Positions 8,925 to 17,890 of a stretch of DNA of 64,000 nucleotides are shown here, piece after piece (the stretch's first letter is position 1; each line of letters opens with the position of its first letter). Origin of the DNA: a virus; IMG/VR virus record IMGVR_UViG_3300045988_073455; one strand, written 5' to 3'. The notes beneath the pieces are model-generated. The model was not told the DNA's origin and did not search any database. It saw only the letters and a program-made list of their open reading frames with translations. The translations under genes were made by a program, and so were the position numbers.

Positions 8925-9245
8925 ATGAAGGTTAGATTAGCTAAGAAGATTATGAAACGTTGCTACGGAAGTCCTCACTATTTAAGGATGGTATTGGATG
9001 GTTTAGATGTATCGAAAAAGCAGCCTAAGATTAAGCAATACTGGGAGCCTAGATGGGCTTCGTATTATGCTAGCAAAGGTGGTGGTTATGGCAGAGCTGA
9101 CCATCGTATCGTAAAGGCTGAAAAGATTACTGCAAGATATTCTCGTAAGCTAATGAATTGCCTTACTAGATGGGCTGGCAAAACTCCTTTCGAGGTTAGA
9201 GATACATTAAGTAGTGCAAATAAACTAAAAAGATATGACTTATGA
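8925..9245 (+). CDS. hypothetical protein
   Basis: 106-aa basic ORF. Start is in motif II. Confidence 0.5.
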   Translation: MKVRLAKKIMKRCYGSPHYLRMVLDGLDVSKKQPKIKQYWEPRWASYYASKGGGYGRADHRIVKAEKITARYSRKLMNCLTRWAGKTPFEVRDTLSSANKLKRYDL

Positions 9246-9511
9246 TAAGAGAAAGATATTATTACGCAGTAGCCGCCTTCATGCGTAAGGATGGCAAATT
9301 AACCTATACCTCAGTTACGAGCTCTGTTAAAGGTGAAGAGAAGGATATAGTTTTCTATCCTCTCATGAACCTCATCACGGACGTAGAAGAGAAATTCAAG
9401 GATGATATGGTTAGCGGTACAACTCTCATACATAGCGTTATTGAGATTAGTAAAGAGGACTATGATGCCTACAATGATCGTATTGCTAAAATTAACGAGA
9501 AGGAGGGTTAG
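9242..9511 (+). CDS. hypothetical protein
   Basis: 89-aa ORF with ATGA overlap to the upstream gene. Confidence 0.5.
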   Translation: MIRERYYYAVAAFMRKDGKLTYTSVTSSVKGEEKDIVFYPLMNLITDVEEKFKDDMVSGTTLIHSVIEISKEDYDAYNDRIAKINEKEG

Positions 9512-9514
9512 CAC

Positions 9515-9886
9515 ATGACTTTTTTGAATATTACTATAGGTGAGAAGGAGTTTGATGAAATCAAAGAAGGCAAGGTAGGACTAGTATGTTTACCTTGCAC
9601 TCCACGTTGGTGTCATACCATTGTCGAAGGTGTAAAGAGGGAAGAAAGATTAGACCGATTAACGATCAGAATAGATAGTAACGGCAAACCTCATATTCGG
9701 TATGGTTACTCTCTTGAACATTACTTTAAGAAAGTTGATTATGTTCAGCTTTCCTGTAAGGTTGGTTCTCAAATAAGAGTTCTCGTTAAGGATTGCGCAG
9801 GTTTCAGTATTGAGACTACTCAAACGAAAAAGGATAATGCCTTTATCGAGTTTAAGCCAAAAAACTTTGTTGTTCATCTAAAATGA
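9515..9886 (+). CDS. hypothetical protein (possible ASCH/PUA-like)
   Basis: 123 aa. The N-terminal GEKEFDEIKEGK resembles the ASCH N-terminus. Confidence 0.45.
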   Translation: MTFLNITIGEKEFDEIKEGKVGLVCLPCTPRWCHTIVEGVKREERLDRLTIRIDSNGKPHIRYGYSLEHYFKKVDYVQLSCKVGSQIRVLVKDCAGFSIETTQTKKDNAFIEFKPKNFVVHLK

Positions 9887-9899
9887 TTAAGATTAGCTT

Positions 9900-10340
9900 A
9901 TGGAAAGATTAACTAAAGTAATGGATAAGTATTTATCAGAAGCAAAGAAGAAGGTTCTTACCCTCGCAGTCAGCAAGGAATGGTTCGATATGATAGTGTC
10001 GGGCGAAAAGAATGAAGAGTATCGGGTAATTAAAGATTTTTGGATGAGTCGCCTTCTCCTTGTCAAGGATGAGAAATTCAAAGATTTCGATAAGTACGAT
10101 AAACTTCATATCGGTAAGACATTTGAGATGCTTATAGACATCAATACTATCAAGGAGAAACTGAATAATGGTACAATGAAGTTCGTACCATTCACTCACG
10201 TTCTCTTCAAGAACGGCTACTATGACGATAGCCCAAAGGTAGAAAAGGAGATTGAGAGTATCACCATCGGCAAGCCGAAGAAAGGTCTTTGCCCAGGCAA
10301 GTGGTTGGATCATGAATTTTTCATCATCAAGTTCAAGTAA
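9900..10340 (+). CDS. ASCH-domain-like protein
   Basis: LTLAVSKEWFDMIVSGEKNEEYRVIKDFW resembles the ASCH motif seen in phage proteins. Confidence 0.5.
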   Translation: MERLTKVMDKYLSEAKKKVLTLAVSKEWFDMIVSGEKNEEYRVIKDFWMSRLLLVKDEKFKDFDKYDKLHIGKTFEMLIDINTIKEKLNNGTMKFVPFTHVLFKNGYYDDSPKVEKEIESITIGKPKKGLCPGKWLDHEFFIIKFK

Positions 10341-10341
10341 T

Positions 10342-10473
10342 ATGGATAAGACAACAGAACTATCATATAATCACCTCATTTCGCAACTCAGAAAAGAAAA
10401 CGCTGATTTGAGGAATGAGGTGCGAGAATTAAGGAAGTTGCTAACAAGAAAAGGTGGTAAACCACCTAATTAA
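10342..10473 (+). CDS. hypothetical small coiled-coil protein (43 aa)
   Basis: The ATG at 10342 lies within track ORF 10252..10473. Sequence MDKTTELSYNHLISQLRKENADLRNEVRELRKLL... Confidence 0.4.
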   Translation: MDKTTELSYNHLISQLRKENADLRNEVRELRKLLTRKGGKPPN

Positions 10474-10731
10474 CACTCCGTAACACCATGTTAAAAGCAG
10501 TTTTTGCGCTTTTCTTGTCAAATTAGCTTCCTGTAGTTTCCTGTAACATTAGTTAAGTTAACGAAACGGCAAAAATCACACATAAGCCTTTCTAAGCTGT
10601 CTATTTTTCTTCTCCATATCCTTATATCATTTTTCAGAAAAAGCCCTATATAGAGGGAAATAGGTTTTATTTAACACACTAGCAATCAATAAGTTATATA
10701 AAGTTAAGCAAGAAAAATAATGAGGTTAAAA

Positions 10732-10763
10732 TTTGGTCAAATGCTAAAAAATGACTACCTTTG
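10732..10763 (+). promoter_or_regulatory. class I promoter copy 2
   Basis: TTTGGTCA at 10732 and TAccTTTG at 10756..10763, 20-nt spacer. The conserved leader cactatcaaaaataaataataacaattaaaagaTAAGAGCAATG follows. Confidence 0.65.
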
Positions 10764-10804
10764 CACTATCAAAAATAAATAATAACAATTAAAAGATAAG
10801 AGCA

Positions 10805-11071
10805 ATGAAACAGACAATAAACGTATCAAACAAAGCTGAGGTTGTAGCAGTAGTTACAAGTGATTTTGATGGAGGTTATAACTATTTCGAAGGTGACATT
10901 CGTAAGGGTAATCTTAGAGCTCATGTAATTAACTACTTCCAAGGTAACAAGTTGAGAATCCAGATTACCTATTGGGAGGATGGCAAAAGTGTGGCAGTTG
11001 AAACCGCTTCAACATGTTCAACAGCAAAGGGAATTGTTAGTAAGGTTTCTAAATTCTTAGATATTAAGTAA
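10805..11071 (+). CDS. hypothetical protein
   Basis: 88 aa. Start is in motif I. Confidence 0.55.
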   Translation: MKQTINVSNKAEVVAVVTSDFDGGYNYFEGDIRKGNLRAHVINYFQGNKLRIQITYWEDGKSVAVETASTCSTAKGIVSKVSKFLDIK

Positions 11072-11122
11072 ATAAAAAGGTAACGGCTGGTCCAACCAAC
11101 TAGTCACAATAAGAGCAATGAA

Positions 11123-11389
11123 ATGTTAGACAGAACAAACATTCACTTTAAGAAAGCAGTTAATGCTGTATTGGTAAAGGTTAGCAGAATACATAACAAT
11201 ACCATATCAGTAAGTATTAACCAAAGATTCATCGACATCACTTTGTTGGATAATAATTCTGGTATTTTTTATTCAGACATGATAAGCCATTTTTTAAGCA
11301 AGGATGAAATCCTTCAGAAGTTAGATAACTTCAATAAAATGTATCACGCATGGGTGCAACTTCAAAAGAAAGGAGGTCGCCATGAGTAA
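11123..11389 (+). CDS. hypothetical protein
   Basis: 88 aa. The motif I ATG at 11118 is out of frame (ATG AAA TGT TAG). The real ATG is 5 nt later. Confidence 0.5.
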   Translation: MLDRTNIHFKKAVNAVLVKVSRIHNNTISVSINQRFIDITLLDNNSGIFYSDMISHFLSKDEILQKLDNFNKMYHAWVQLQKKGGRHE

Positions 11390-11600
11390 GGAGTACATTG
11401 GAACAGATTGCTATAATCGCAAGATGGAGCTTTACCATATCGGCAATGAAGTTTATTGTGACCACATCAAAAACGGAGTTGTCGTCAAGACAAACAGCAT
11501 CACTGTAGATAACCGCATTCTTGGATTGTTTGGCAGTCCTCATACAAGCGGAGCATATATCTACGATGAGATAGCAAGAATGTATGGCAAGAAGTTATAA
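11382..11600 (+). CDS. hypothetical protein
   Basis: 72 aa with GGAGG upstream. Confidence 0.5.
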   Translation: MSKEYIGTDCYNRKMELYHIGNEVYCDHIKNGVVVKTNSITVDNRILGLFGSPHTSGAYIYDEIARMYGKKL

Positions 11601-11625
11601 TAACTGCATATAAAAAGTAAGAGCA

Positions 11626-12645
11626 ATGAAGACAGACAACGTTTTAGAGCATTTCGCTGAAATGATGATTTCACGAATGCAAAAGATGAAGGCAGGAGAT
11701 TGGAAGATGGGTTGGTTCACCACATCTTATGGTGGTAACCCAGTGAACCTTGGAGGGCGTGAATATAATGGAATGAACTCATTCTTCCTGTTCCTCTGCA
11801 TGATGGACGAAGAAAGATTCAAATATCCTATCTTTGCTACCTTCAATCAGATAAAGGCATTAGGAGCTAGTGTGAACAAAGGAGAGAAAAGCTTCCCTGT
11901 TCTGTTTTGGTCCATTCAGTACAAAGACAAGAATGGAAACAAAATAACAGAAGACAGCTACAATGGAATGACTCGATCAGCCCAACTAGACTGCAAAGTC
12001 CAGCCTTTCTTGAAGAGCTACAACGTGTTCAATCTCAGCCAAACCAACCTCGAAGAGATAGCACCTAAGACGATGCAGAAGTTGAAGGAGAAGTTCAGTC
12101 TCAAAGATAAGGATGAGTTGCCGACAGACACGGCTGGTATGTACGTCAACGAGAAAATTGATGATATGCTTCTTTATCAGAAGTGGCTCTGCCCTATCCG
12201 CTACGACAAGTATTCAAGTGGAGCTTTTTACAGATTTGGGGTAGATGATATTACAACACCACTTAAAAGTCAGTTCAAGAAGGGCAATACAGAGCAGGAG
12301 ATATTCGAGGATGGACAGGAGTACTACTCAACCCTTCTACATGAAATGGTTCACTCAACAGGGCATAAGTCTAGATTGAATAGAGGGTTTGAGAATGAGA
12401 AAGGAGAAAAGGACTATGCAAGAGAAGAGTTGGTTGCAGAGCTTGGAGCAGCTCTTATCGGAAACGTCCTAGGCTTTAGCAGTCGCATTTTAGATAATAA
12501 CGCTGCTTACCTAGATGGTTGGATCAGCAAGCTTAAAAAGCAACCAAAGTTCATCGTTTCTGTTTTGACAGACGTAAACAAGGCAGCTAAAATGGTATTA
12601 GAAATCGTGAACAAAGAAAAGGCACAATTACTAATGCCTGCATAA
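11626..12645 (+). CDS. ardC: ArdC-like anti-restriction protein (ssDNA-binding N-domain plus zincin metalloprotease)
   Basis: 339 aa. The N-terminus has the ArdC/DUF1738-like pattern (GGNPVNLGGREYNGMNSFFL), and the C-terminus has HEMVHSTGH (HExxH). Start is in motif I. Confidence 0.75.
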   Translation: MKTDNVLEHFAEMMISRMQKMKAGDWKMGWFTTSYGGNPVNLGGREYNGMNSFFLFLCMMDEERFKYPIFATFNQIKALGASVNKGEKSFPVLFWSIQYKDKNGNKITEDSYNGMTRSAQLDCKVQPFLKSYNVFNLSQTNLEEIAPKTMQKLKEKFSLKDKDELPTDTAGMYVNEKIDDMLLYQKWLCPIRYDKYSSGAFYRFGVDDITTPLKSQFKKGNTEQEIFEDGQEYYSTLLHEMVHSTGHKSRLNRGFENEKGEKDYAREELVAELGAALIGNVLGFSSRILDNNAAYLDGWISKLKKQPKFIVSVLTDVNKAAKMVLEIVNKEKAQLLMPA

Positions 12646-12665
12646 GATATTTTATTGCTCTATCT

Positions 12666-12700
12666 AAGGCGGTATAAGCGGATTTGCTTGTATCGCCTTT
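12666..12700 (+). terminator. intrinsic terminator after ardC
   Basis: AAGGCGGTATAAGC / GCTTGTATCGCCTT form a 14-bp stem (2 G-U pairs) with a 6-nt loop, followed by a T-rich tail. Confidence 0.6.
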
Positions 12701-12767
12701 ATTCATTATCATCAAAAACATAAAAAGCTCTATAAGCGAAAATAAATATGCAATTTCTTAGTTAAAC

Positions 12768-12800
12768 CTATTTGTTGATTAAATATTTTTAGTATCTTTG
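12768..12800 (+). promoter_or_regulatory. class II promoter copy 1 (CTATTTGTTGATTAAATA ... TATCTTTG)
   Basis: The box CTATTTGTTGATTAAATA at 12768..12785 contains the -33 TTTG. The -7 TAtcTTTG is at 12793..12800. Lies 20 nt upstream of the portal ATG. Confidence 0.65.
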
Positions 12801-12819
12801 CACCAAAAGTAGTAAAGAT

Positions 12820-14250
12820 ATGAACATCGAAGAAATACTCAAGAAAACTGATACTATCAGCCAAAAGATAGAAGAGCTACGCAGAAGGACTGTAATGGTC
12901 CCTTTGTGGAGTTATCTTTTGAGTTTATATGAGCCAGCAAGCCATAAGGTAATGACAGATACCATAAGCCTTCGTGATAAAGACAATGGTGAAAAATCAT
13001 CCCGTATAGCGGTTGCCCTTGAAAAGCTGCTCACAAACAGAATAACAGAATTTACATTCTCTATACCAGTTAAGAGAAAGTACAACACTCCAGAAAATGA
13101 TATTCAGAGGGAAATCCAAAAGGCATTAGAAAAAATCTACGATTGTGCTCATATTGACAACATGAACTACAAACGTGGACTAGCCTATTTCGCAAGCTGT
13201 GAAATCTTCACCATCTGGTATTCTGTTAAGAAGCATAACTCTCTATATGGTTTTGAATCAAACTACAAGTTGAAGTGCAAAACCTTCTCCCCTATGGATG
13301 GAGTAAGATTGTACCCTATCATTGATGAGTATGATGATATGCAAGCTATGTCGTTTGAGTATGATAAGACCGTTTCCGATAAAGAGACGATAACATTCTT
13401 CGAAACCTTTACAGAAAACTATCATTTCATTTGGAAGAAAAGTAACCTTGGTGAAATGTGGGAGGAAGTAACTGCACAAGTTGATGAGGATGGGAACACT
13501 AAGAGTGGTGAGGAAATCATCATCCGTAAGATTCCTGGAGCATACCTGTCTCGACCTCATGCCATCTACGAGGGGCTTGATAATATCCGAAGTGAATTTG
13601 AGTATAATGTCAGTCGCAATAGCAACGTGATTGCATATAACGCTGCACCAATCGCAAAAGTCAAGGGTGGCATAGTCGGACAGGAGAAAAAGGGAGAAAG
13701 TTTGCGTATATGGAGAGTCGAGAATGATGGCGATATTTCATACGTATCATGGAATCAGTCGCAAGAAGCGGTTAGCGGTCAGAATAAAACCCTCCTCGGA
13801 TTGTACTGGATGCTTTCTCAAATGCCAGATATTAGCTTTGAGAATATGAAATCTCTTGGTAATATCGGCTACGATGCAAGACAGACGTTGCTCACAGATG
13901 CACATCTGAAAGTTCGCATGGAATCGGGCGCTTTCAAGGAGTTCTTTGAAAGAGAGTTCAATGTAATCAAGGCATTCTTGAAGGTCATGAATCCAAAATG
14001 GGAAAAGGAGATAGATAACGTCACCTGCGACCACATCATCACTCCTTATATACCAAAGGATGAGAGCTACGACATCACCATCAGACAAAAGGCTAATGGT
14101 GGTAAGCCGGTAGAAAGTCAGCTTGAATCCATCGTTAAGCTTGGGCAGTCGCAAGACCCTCAGCAGACAATGGAGGATATTCGACAGGATGAACTTAATG
14201 CGGCAGCAGTACAGCAGTCTGCTTTTGCTATGGGTGAACAAACAATATAA
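12820..14250 (+). CDS. portal protein (SPP1 gp6-like by size and position)
   Basis: 476 aa, located directly upstream of the MuF head-morphogenesis gene. No exact motif was verified. Confidence 0.6.
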   Translation: MNIEEILKKTDTISQKIEELRRRTVMVPLWSYLLSLYEPASHKVMTDTISLRDKDNGEKSSRIAVALEKLLTNRITEFTFSIPVKRKYNTPENDIQREIQKALEKIYDCAHIDNMNYKRGLAYFASCEIFTIWYSVKKHNSLYGFESNYKLKCKTFSPMDGVRLYPIIDEYDDMQAMSFEYDKTVSDKETITFFETFTENYHFIWKKSNLGEMWEEVTAQVDEDGNTKSGEEIIIRKIPGAYLSRPHAIYEGLDNIRSEFEYNVSRNSNVIAYNAAPIAKVKGGIVGQEKKGESLRIWRVENDGDISYVSWNQSQEAVSGQNKTLLGLYWMLSQMPDISFENMKSLGNIGYDARQTLLTDAHLKVRMESGAFKEFFEREFNVIKAFLKVMNPKWEKEIDNVTCDHIITPYIPKDESYDITIRQKANGGKPVESQLESIVKLGQSQDPQQTMEDIRQDELNAAAVQQSAFAMGEQTI

Positions 14251-14271
14251 ACGCAATAAACTGCACAAGTT

Positions 14272-14610
14272 ATGAAGAAAAAAATCGCAATTTGGCTATT
14301 CAAGTTAGCTAGAAGACTCTACCCTATCAGTGTAACTGTCTTCGAACAGAAAGAAATCCTAGAGCCAAAGGTATGTGCCAAGGCTTATCGTATCGACAAG
14401 AATTACATTCGCCACTACAAGCGAGACCATCATGTCAAGTCCATGAGAGAAGCTTTGCATGAGATAACAAAGGAAACTCTCGCACAGGCAAAGAAAGATG
14501 TACTCAATACTATCGAATCCAAGATCATGAAGCAGAGAGTATATCAGAAGGATGGCAATACGATTGTAGAGGTAAAGGTTAATTGCTATGTCTCCAAAGA
14601 AGAAGGTTAA
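14272..14610 (+). CDS. hypothetical protein
   Basis: 112-aa basic ORF between portal and MuF. Confidence 0.5.
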   Translation: MKKKIAIWLFKLARRLYPISVTVFEQKEILEPKVCAKAYRIDKNYIRHYKRDHHVKSMREALHEITKETLAQAKKDVLNTIESKIMKQRVYQKDGNTIVEVKVNCYVSKEEG

Positions 14611-14773
14611 GCCTATTCCAAAAGAACCTCAGTTCTGCAAATTATGTGCCCACGTTTCCAATCCACGTAATCTTAGTGTTACGGGAGAGCCAACGTTGGG
14701 CACTTGCCCTTATGAGGAGTTTGCTATCCTCTATCAAAGGGAATGTGTAAACGAACATTATAAGCCGAAATAA
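14588..14773 (+). CDS. hypothetical small Cys-containing protein
   Basis: 61 aa (CKLCAH...LGTCPYEE). Its stop abuts the MuF ATG. Confidence 0.4.
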   Translation: MSPKKKVKPIPKEPQFCKLCAHVSNPRNLSVTGEPTLGTCPYEEFAILYQRECVNEHYKPK

Positions 14774-17392
14774 ATGAGACCAAATATCCCCAATCAAAAG
14801 AAAGCATACGATGCTCTGAACAGACGCTTAGTTAACTACGTGGCACAAGTTCTGAGCATTTATGATAGAATCGCTAGCCAAGTTTCTACTGCTATAGATG
14901 GTGTCGGTTATGATGGTTCTGCGGAGTTCTTGTTTGGGGACTATCCAGAACTGAAACAAACCATCAATGGCATCATGATCAGTTATGCTGCACAGATGAA
15001 TAATCTCATCTATGCAGGTACCGCAAATGAGTGGAAAGAAAGTAACATCATGCAGGACCTACTTGCAAGAAAGGTACTTCGTGCTTATGATTTTGAGAAG
15101 GGAGGAGATAAGTACAACAGGTATTTCCAACCTAATTCAGATGCTTTGAAGGCTTTTCAGAATAGGGTTGATAAGGGGTTGTCTGTTTCGCAGAAACTAT
15201 GGTATCAGTCACAAGCCTTGAAAAAGGAGCTGGAGCATACCATATCAACTGCAATAGAAAGAGGGCAGTCTGCGGTTGTTCTCAGCAAGCGAATCAGTAA
15301 GTATCTGTTAGACTATCCTTCATTAAAGGCTGATTATACAGAAAAATTCGGAAAAGCCGCTACATGCGCGAATTGCCAATACGCTTCTATACGTTTGGCA
15401 AGAACCGAGATAAACATGGCTTACCGAAAGGCAGAGCAGACACGTTGGCAACAATTTGACTTCATCTTGGGATATGAGATTAAGTTGAGTAAACGCCATC
15501 CTGCACCAGACATCTGTGATGATTTGTTGGGAATATACCCAAAAGACTTTGTCTTCCTAGGTTGGCATCCTAACTGCATGTGTTATGTTGTACCTATTGT
15601 GATGAGCGATGAAGAGTACTATGGTTCTCCTTCCATTCAGAAGTCAGCTATGATTTCTCGCACCCCAAAGAACTTTAATGACTGGGTACGCAATAACCGC
15701 AGCCGAATCGGGCAAGCTGAAACACTTCCATACTTCTTGAAGGATAACAGAAAGTATTGGCACCTGTCCGTTGAGGACGCGGCTGAGTACCGCCATGCTG
15801 ACAGAGACGAAAAAGCCATAAAGCTTGCTTGGAAGAACAGAGACTTATTGAAATACAACATAGATGTAGATAATTCTGACATAGCAACATTAAGGCGAAA
15901 TGCTAAAGCCTATGAAGTTGATATATCAAGCTTTGAAAAATTCCTCACTACACATCAATTTAAAGAGAGTTTTGGAATGCTGACTGATAGTGAACGTTCT
16001 GTTTTGTCAGATATGTTCGACAAGTATGATGACAAGGTTCGTCAAGCTGTAGAGTATTTCGGCAGGACAAAGAAAAGTTATCTAGCAAAGTTTGATTATA
16101 GCTATAATTTCGGCGATTGGAGGGATGGCATAACTAATAAGTTTGCAAATATCACTCCTACACAATTCGAACCAGTGAGCAAGATAAAACCAAAGTTGAA
16201 GGCTACCTATGATGAAGCTCGTAGGGAACTGCAAGACCTTCGTTCTATTCCGTTGAAGCCTAAGAAGCTAATAGATGATTTCGATGATTGGGAATTGGAG
16301 ACTGCATTAGACGACCAGGAAGCAGTTATGGCAGGAAAGAAACTCATGCAAAATCTGTATGGTCCAAACATTGATAACGTCAATTCTTGGATAAGAGTAG
16401 AATCGGCTCGCATAACAGAAGGCTGGGGCAAGGCTTATGAGGTCTTTCTTGACGAGTATCATAACGGCTTGAAGGAGGTCATGGAAGCTGCTACCCATCT
16501 GAACGAATTGAGAACAGCAGATTTGAGTATTATTCCTACAAGATGGATTCCTCGCTTCAATGATTATATCAAGACTATAGAAACTGCAAGGATTGATGTC
16601 CGAGGTTACGAAAGGGTTTATCGTGAGATAGAGGGTGCGTACAACATCTACAAGCTGTCTTCGGATCAAGATTTGATTGCGTATGGCTTAGATAAGCTAT
16701 CCTTCAATACACCTCATACCATCGTGGAAGGCTTTAGAGGTATTGGATTGAGTCCGACCAAATGGCTCGGAAAGAAAGAGTTTTATGATAGCTTTGACAA
16801 GTTTGTTCCTTGTATTAGCCTTAGCGGAAACAAAGCATACTTTTGGAGCAAATACAATCATGTGCGAATAGACTTCGATGGTCTGAAGGAAAGAATCTTA
16901 AATTCAGAATGGTATCGCAAGGGTCTCCAATATCACGAATACGGACACGCTAAAGCCGCATTACAAGGTAATTGGGAAGAAAATGCAGACTTCAAAAATC
17001 TTTATAAAAGGTTTTTTGCTGACTACAACAAGCCCGAATATAGATACGTAGATGGAGAAGGTGTTTCGCAATGGAAAATCGCTGATAGACTATTTGAAGA
17101 GCTCAAACTCGTAAAAGACAAAACGTATGATGTAATGGAACAATTTGGCAAAATCTCTGATACTTTGCAAGCTATCGACAAAGATCACAACTGGATACAG
17201 GGAATGTTAGGACACGACGTCGATTACTTCGCATCGAGTTCGCATAATTGTTTAGCTGATATTATAGCCCATTTAAGCGAAAATTATTGGTCTAACAATA
17301 AATACTTCAAAAAGGTTTTGCCAAGGCTTTATAATGAAGCTATGGCTCTCTATGAGAAGTATTATAAGCTAAACAAACCGACAAAAAGATAG
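14774..17392 (+). CDS. MuF/SPP1 gp7-like head morphogenesis protein with long C-terminal extension carrying HExxH
   Basis: 872 aa. The MuF core reads ARTEINMAYRKAEQTRWQQ...RHPAPDICDDLLGIYPKDFVFLGWHPNCMCYVVPI. The C-terminal region has GLQYHEYGHAKAAL (HEYGH). Confidence 0.8.
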   Translation: MRPNIPNQKKAYDALNRRLVNYVAQVLSIYDRIASQVSTAIDGVGYDGSAEFLFGDYPELKQTINGIMISYAAQMNNLIYAGTANEWKESNIMQDLLARKVLRAYDFEKGGDKYNRYFQPNSDALKAFQNRVDKGLSVSQKLWYQSQALKKELEHTISTAIERGQSAVVLSKRISKYLLDYPSLKADYTEKFGKAATCANCQYASIRLARTEINMAYRKAEQTRWQQFDFILGYEIKLSKRHPAPDICDDLLGIYPKDFVFLGWHPNCMCYVVPIVMSDEEYYGSPSIQKSAMISRTPKNFNDWVRNNRSRIGQAETLPYFLKDNRKYWHLSVEDAAEYRHADRDEKAIKLAWKNRDLLKYNIDVDNSDIATLRRNAKAYEVDISSFEKFLTTHQFKESFGMLTDSERSVLSDMFDKYDDKVRQAVEYFGRTKKSYLAKFDYSYNFGDWRDGITNKFANITPTQFEPVSKIKPKLKATYDEARRELQDLRSIPLKPKKLIDDFDDWELETALDDQEAVMAGKKLMQNLYGPNIDNVNSWIRVESARITEGWGKAYEVFLDEYHNGLKEVMEAATHLNELRTADLSIIPTRWIPRFNDYIKTIETARIDVRGYERVYREIEGAYNIYKLSSDQDLIAYGLDKLSFNTPHTIVEGFRGIGLSPTKWLGKKEFYDSFDKFVPCISLSGNKAYFWSKYNHVRIDFDGLKERILNSEWYRKGLQYHEYGHAKAALQGNWEENADFKNLYKRFFADYNKPEYRYVDGEGVSQWKIADRLFEELKLVKDKTYDVMEQFGKISDTLQAIDKDHNWIQGMLGHDVDYFASSSHNCLADIIAHLSENYWSNNKYFKKVLPRLYNEAMALYEKYYKLNKPTKR

Positions 17393-17416
17393 GTGGTAGT
17401 CTATGGTTCTACCACC
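17392..17416. terminator. bidirectional hairpin between convergent genes
   Basis: GGTGGTAG (17392..17399) pairs with CTACCACC (17409..17416). It overlaps the 3' end of the minus-strand gene. Confidence 0.5.
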
Positions 17417-17688
17417 CATCTTGATTTTCTTTCGGTAGGACCTACGGCTGATTCATTGGTAATATAGGTCAGACCAAACTTTGTTTTAGTTTTCATTGCC
17501 TTGCGAATAGAGAGCATTATTTCTTCTCTCGTAAAGCCGCTAATAGGATAGTTTTGTAGAGCTAATTCTACTGCGCACATTTGAGCTACACCTGCATTTC
17601 CTTTGGTATAGTAGTTCACTACCTGTTCGTCTGTAAGCTCATTCACGGACTTAACAGAGCATTGTTCTAGATATTCTTGTATATTCAT
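17401..17688 (-). CDS. hypothetical protein (minus-strand moron next to MuF)
   Basis: Track ORF 17401..17715. A second Met gives MNIQEYLEQ... A TAtcTTTG -7 box (17693..17700, minus strand) lies only 4 nt from this ATG, so the mRNA may be leaderless. Confidence 0.5.
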   Translation of the reverse strand: MNIQEYLEQCSVKSVNELTDEQVVNYYTKGNAGVAQMCAVELALQNYPISGFTREEIMLSIRKAMKTKTKFGLTYITNESAVGPTERKSRWVVEP

Positions 17689-17819
17689 GCTGCAAAGATA
17701 GTAAAAGTTTCCCAAACTACAATACGTCCGATTAAAAAGTTAGCAAAAGTTAGCAAACAGGCTATAAAGAAGTTTAAAAGTTAAACTATTGTAAGTACCT
17801 GAAAATAAGATAGTTGATA

Positions 17820-17851
17820 TTTGGTTAATTCGCAAAAAACGACTATCTTTG
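17820..17851 (+). promoter_or_regulatory. class I promoter copy 3
   Basis: TTTG at 17820..17823, TAtcTTTG at 17844..17851, conserved leader up to TAAGAGCAATG. Confidence 0.6.
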
Positions 17852-17890
17852 CACTATCAAAATAAAAATAACAATTAAAAGATAAGAGCA

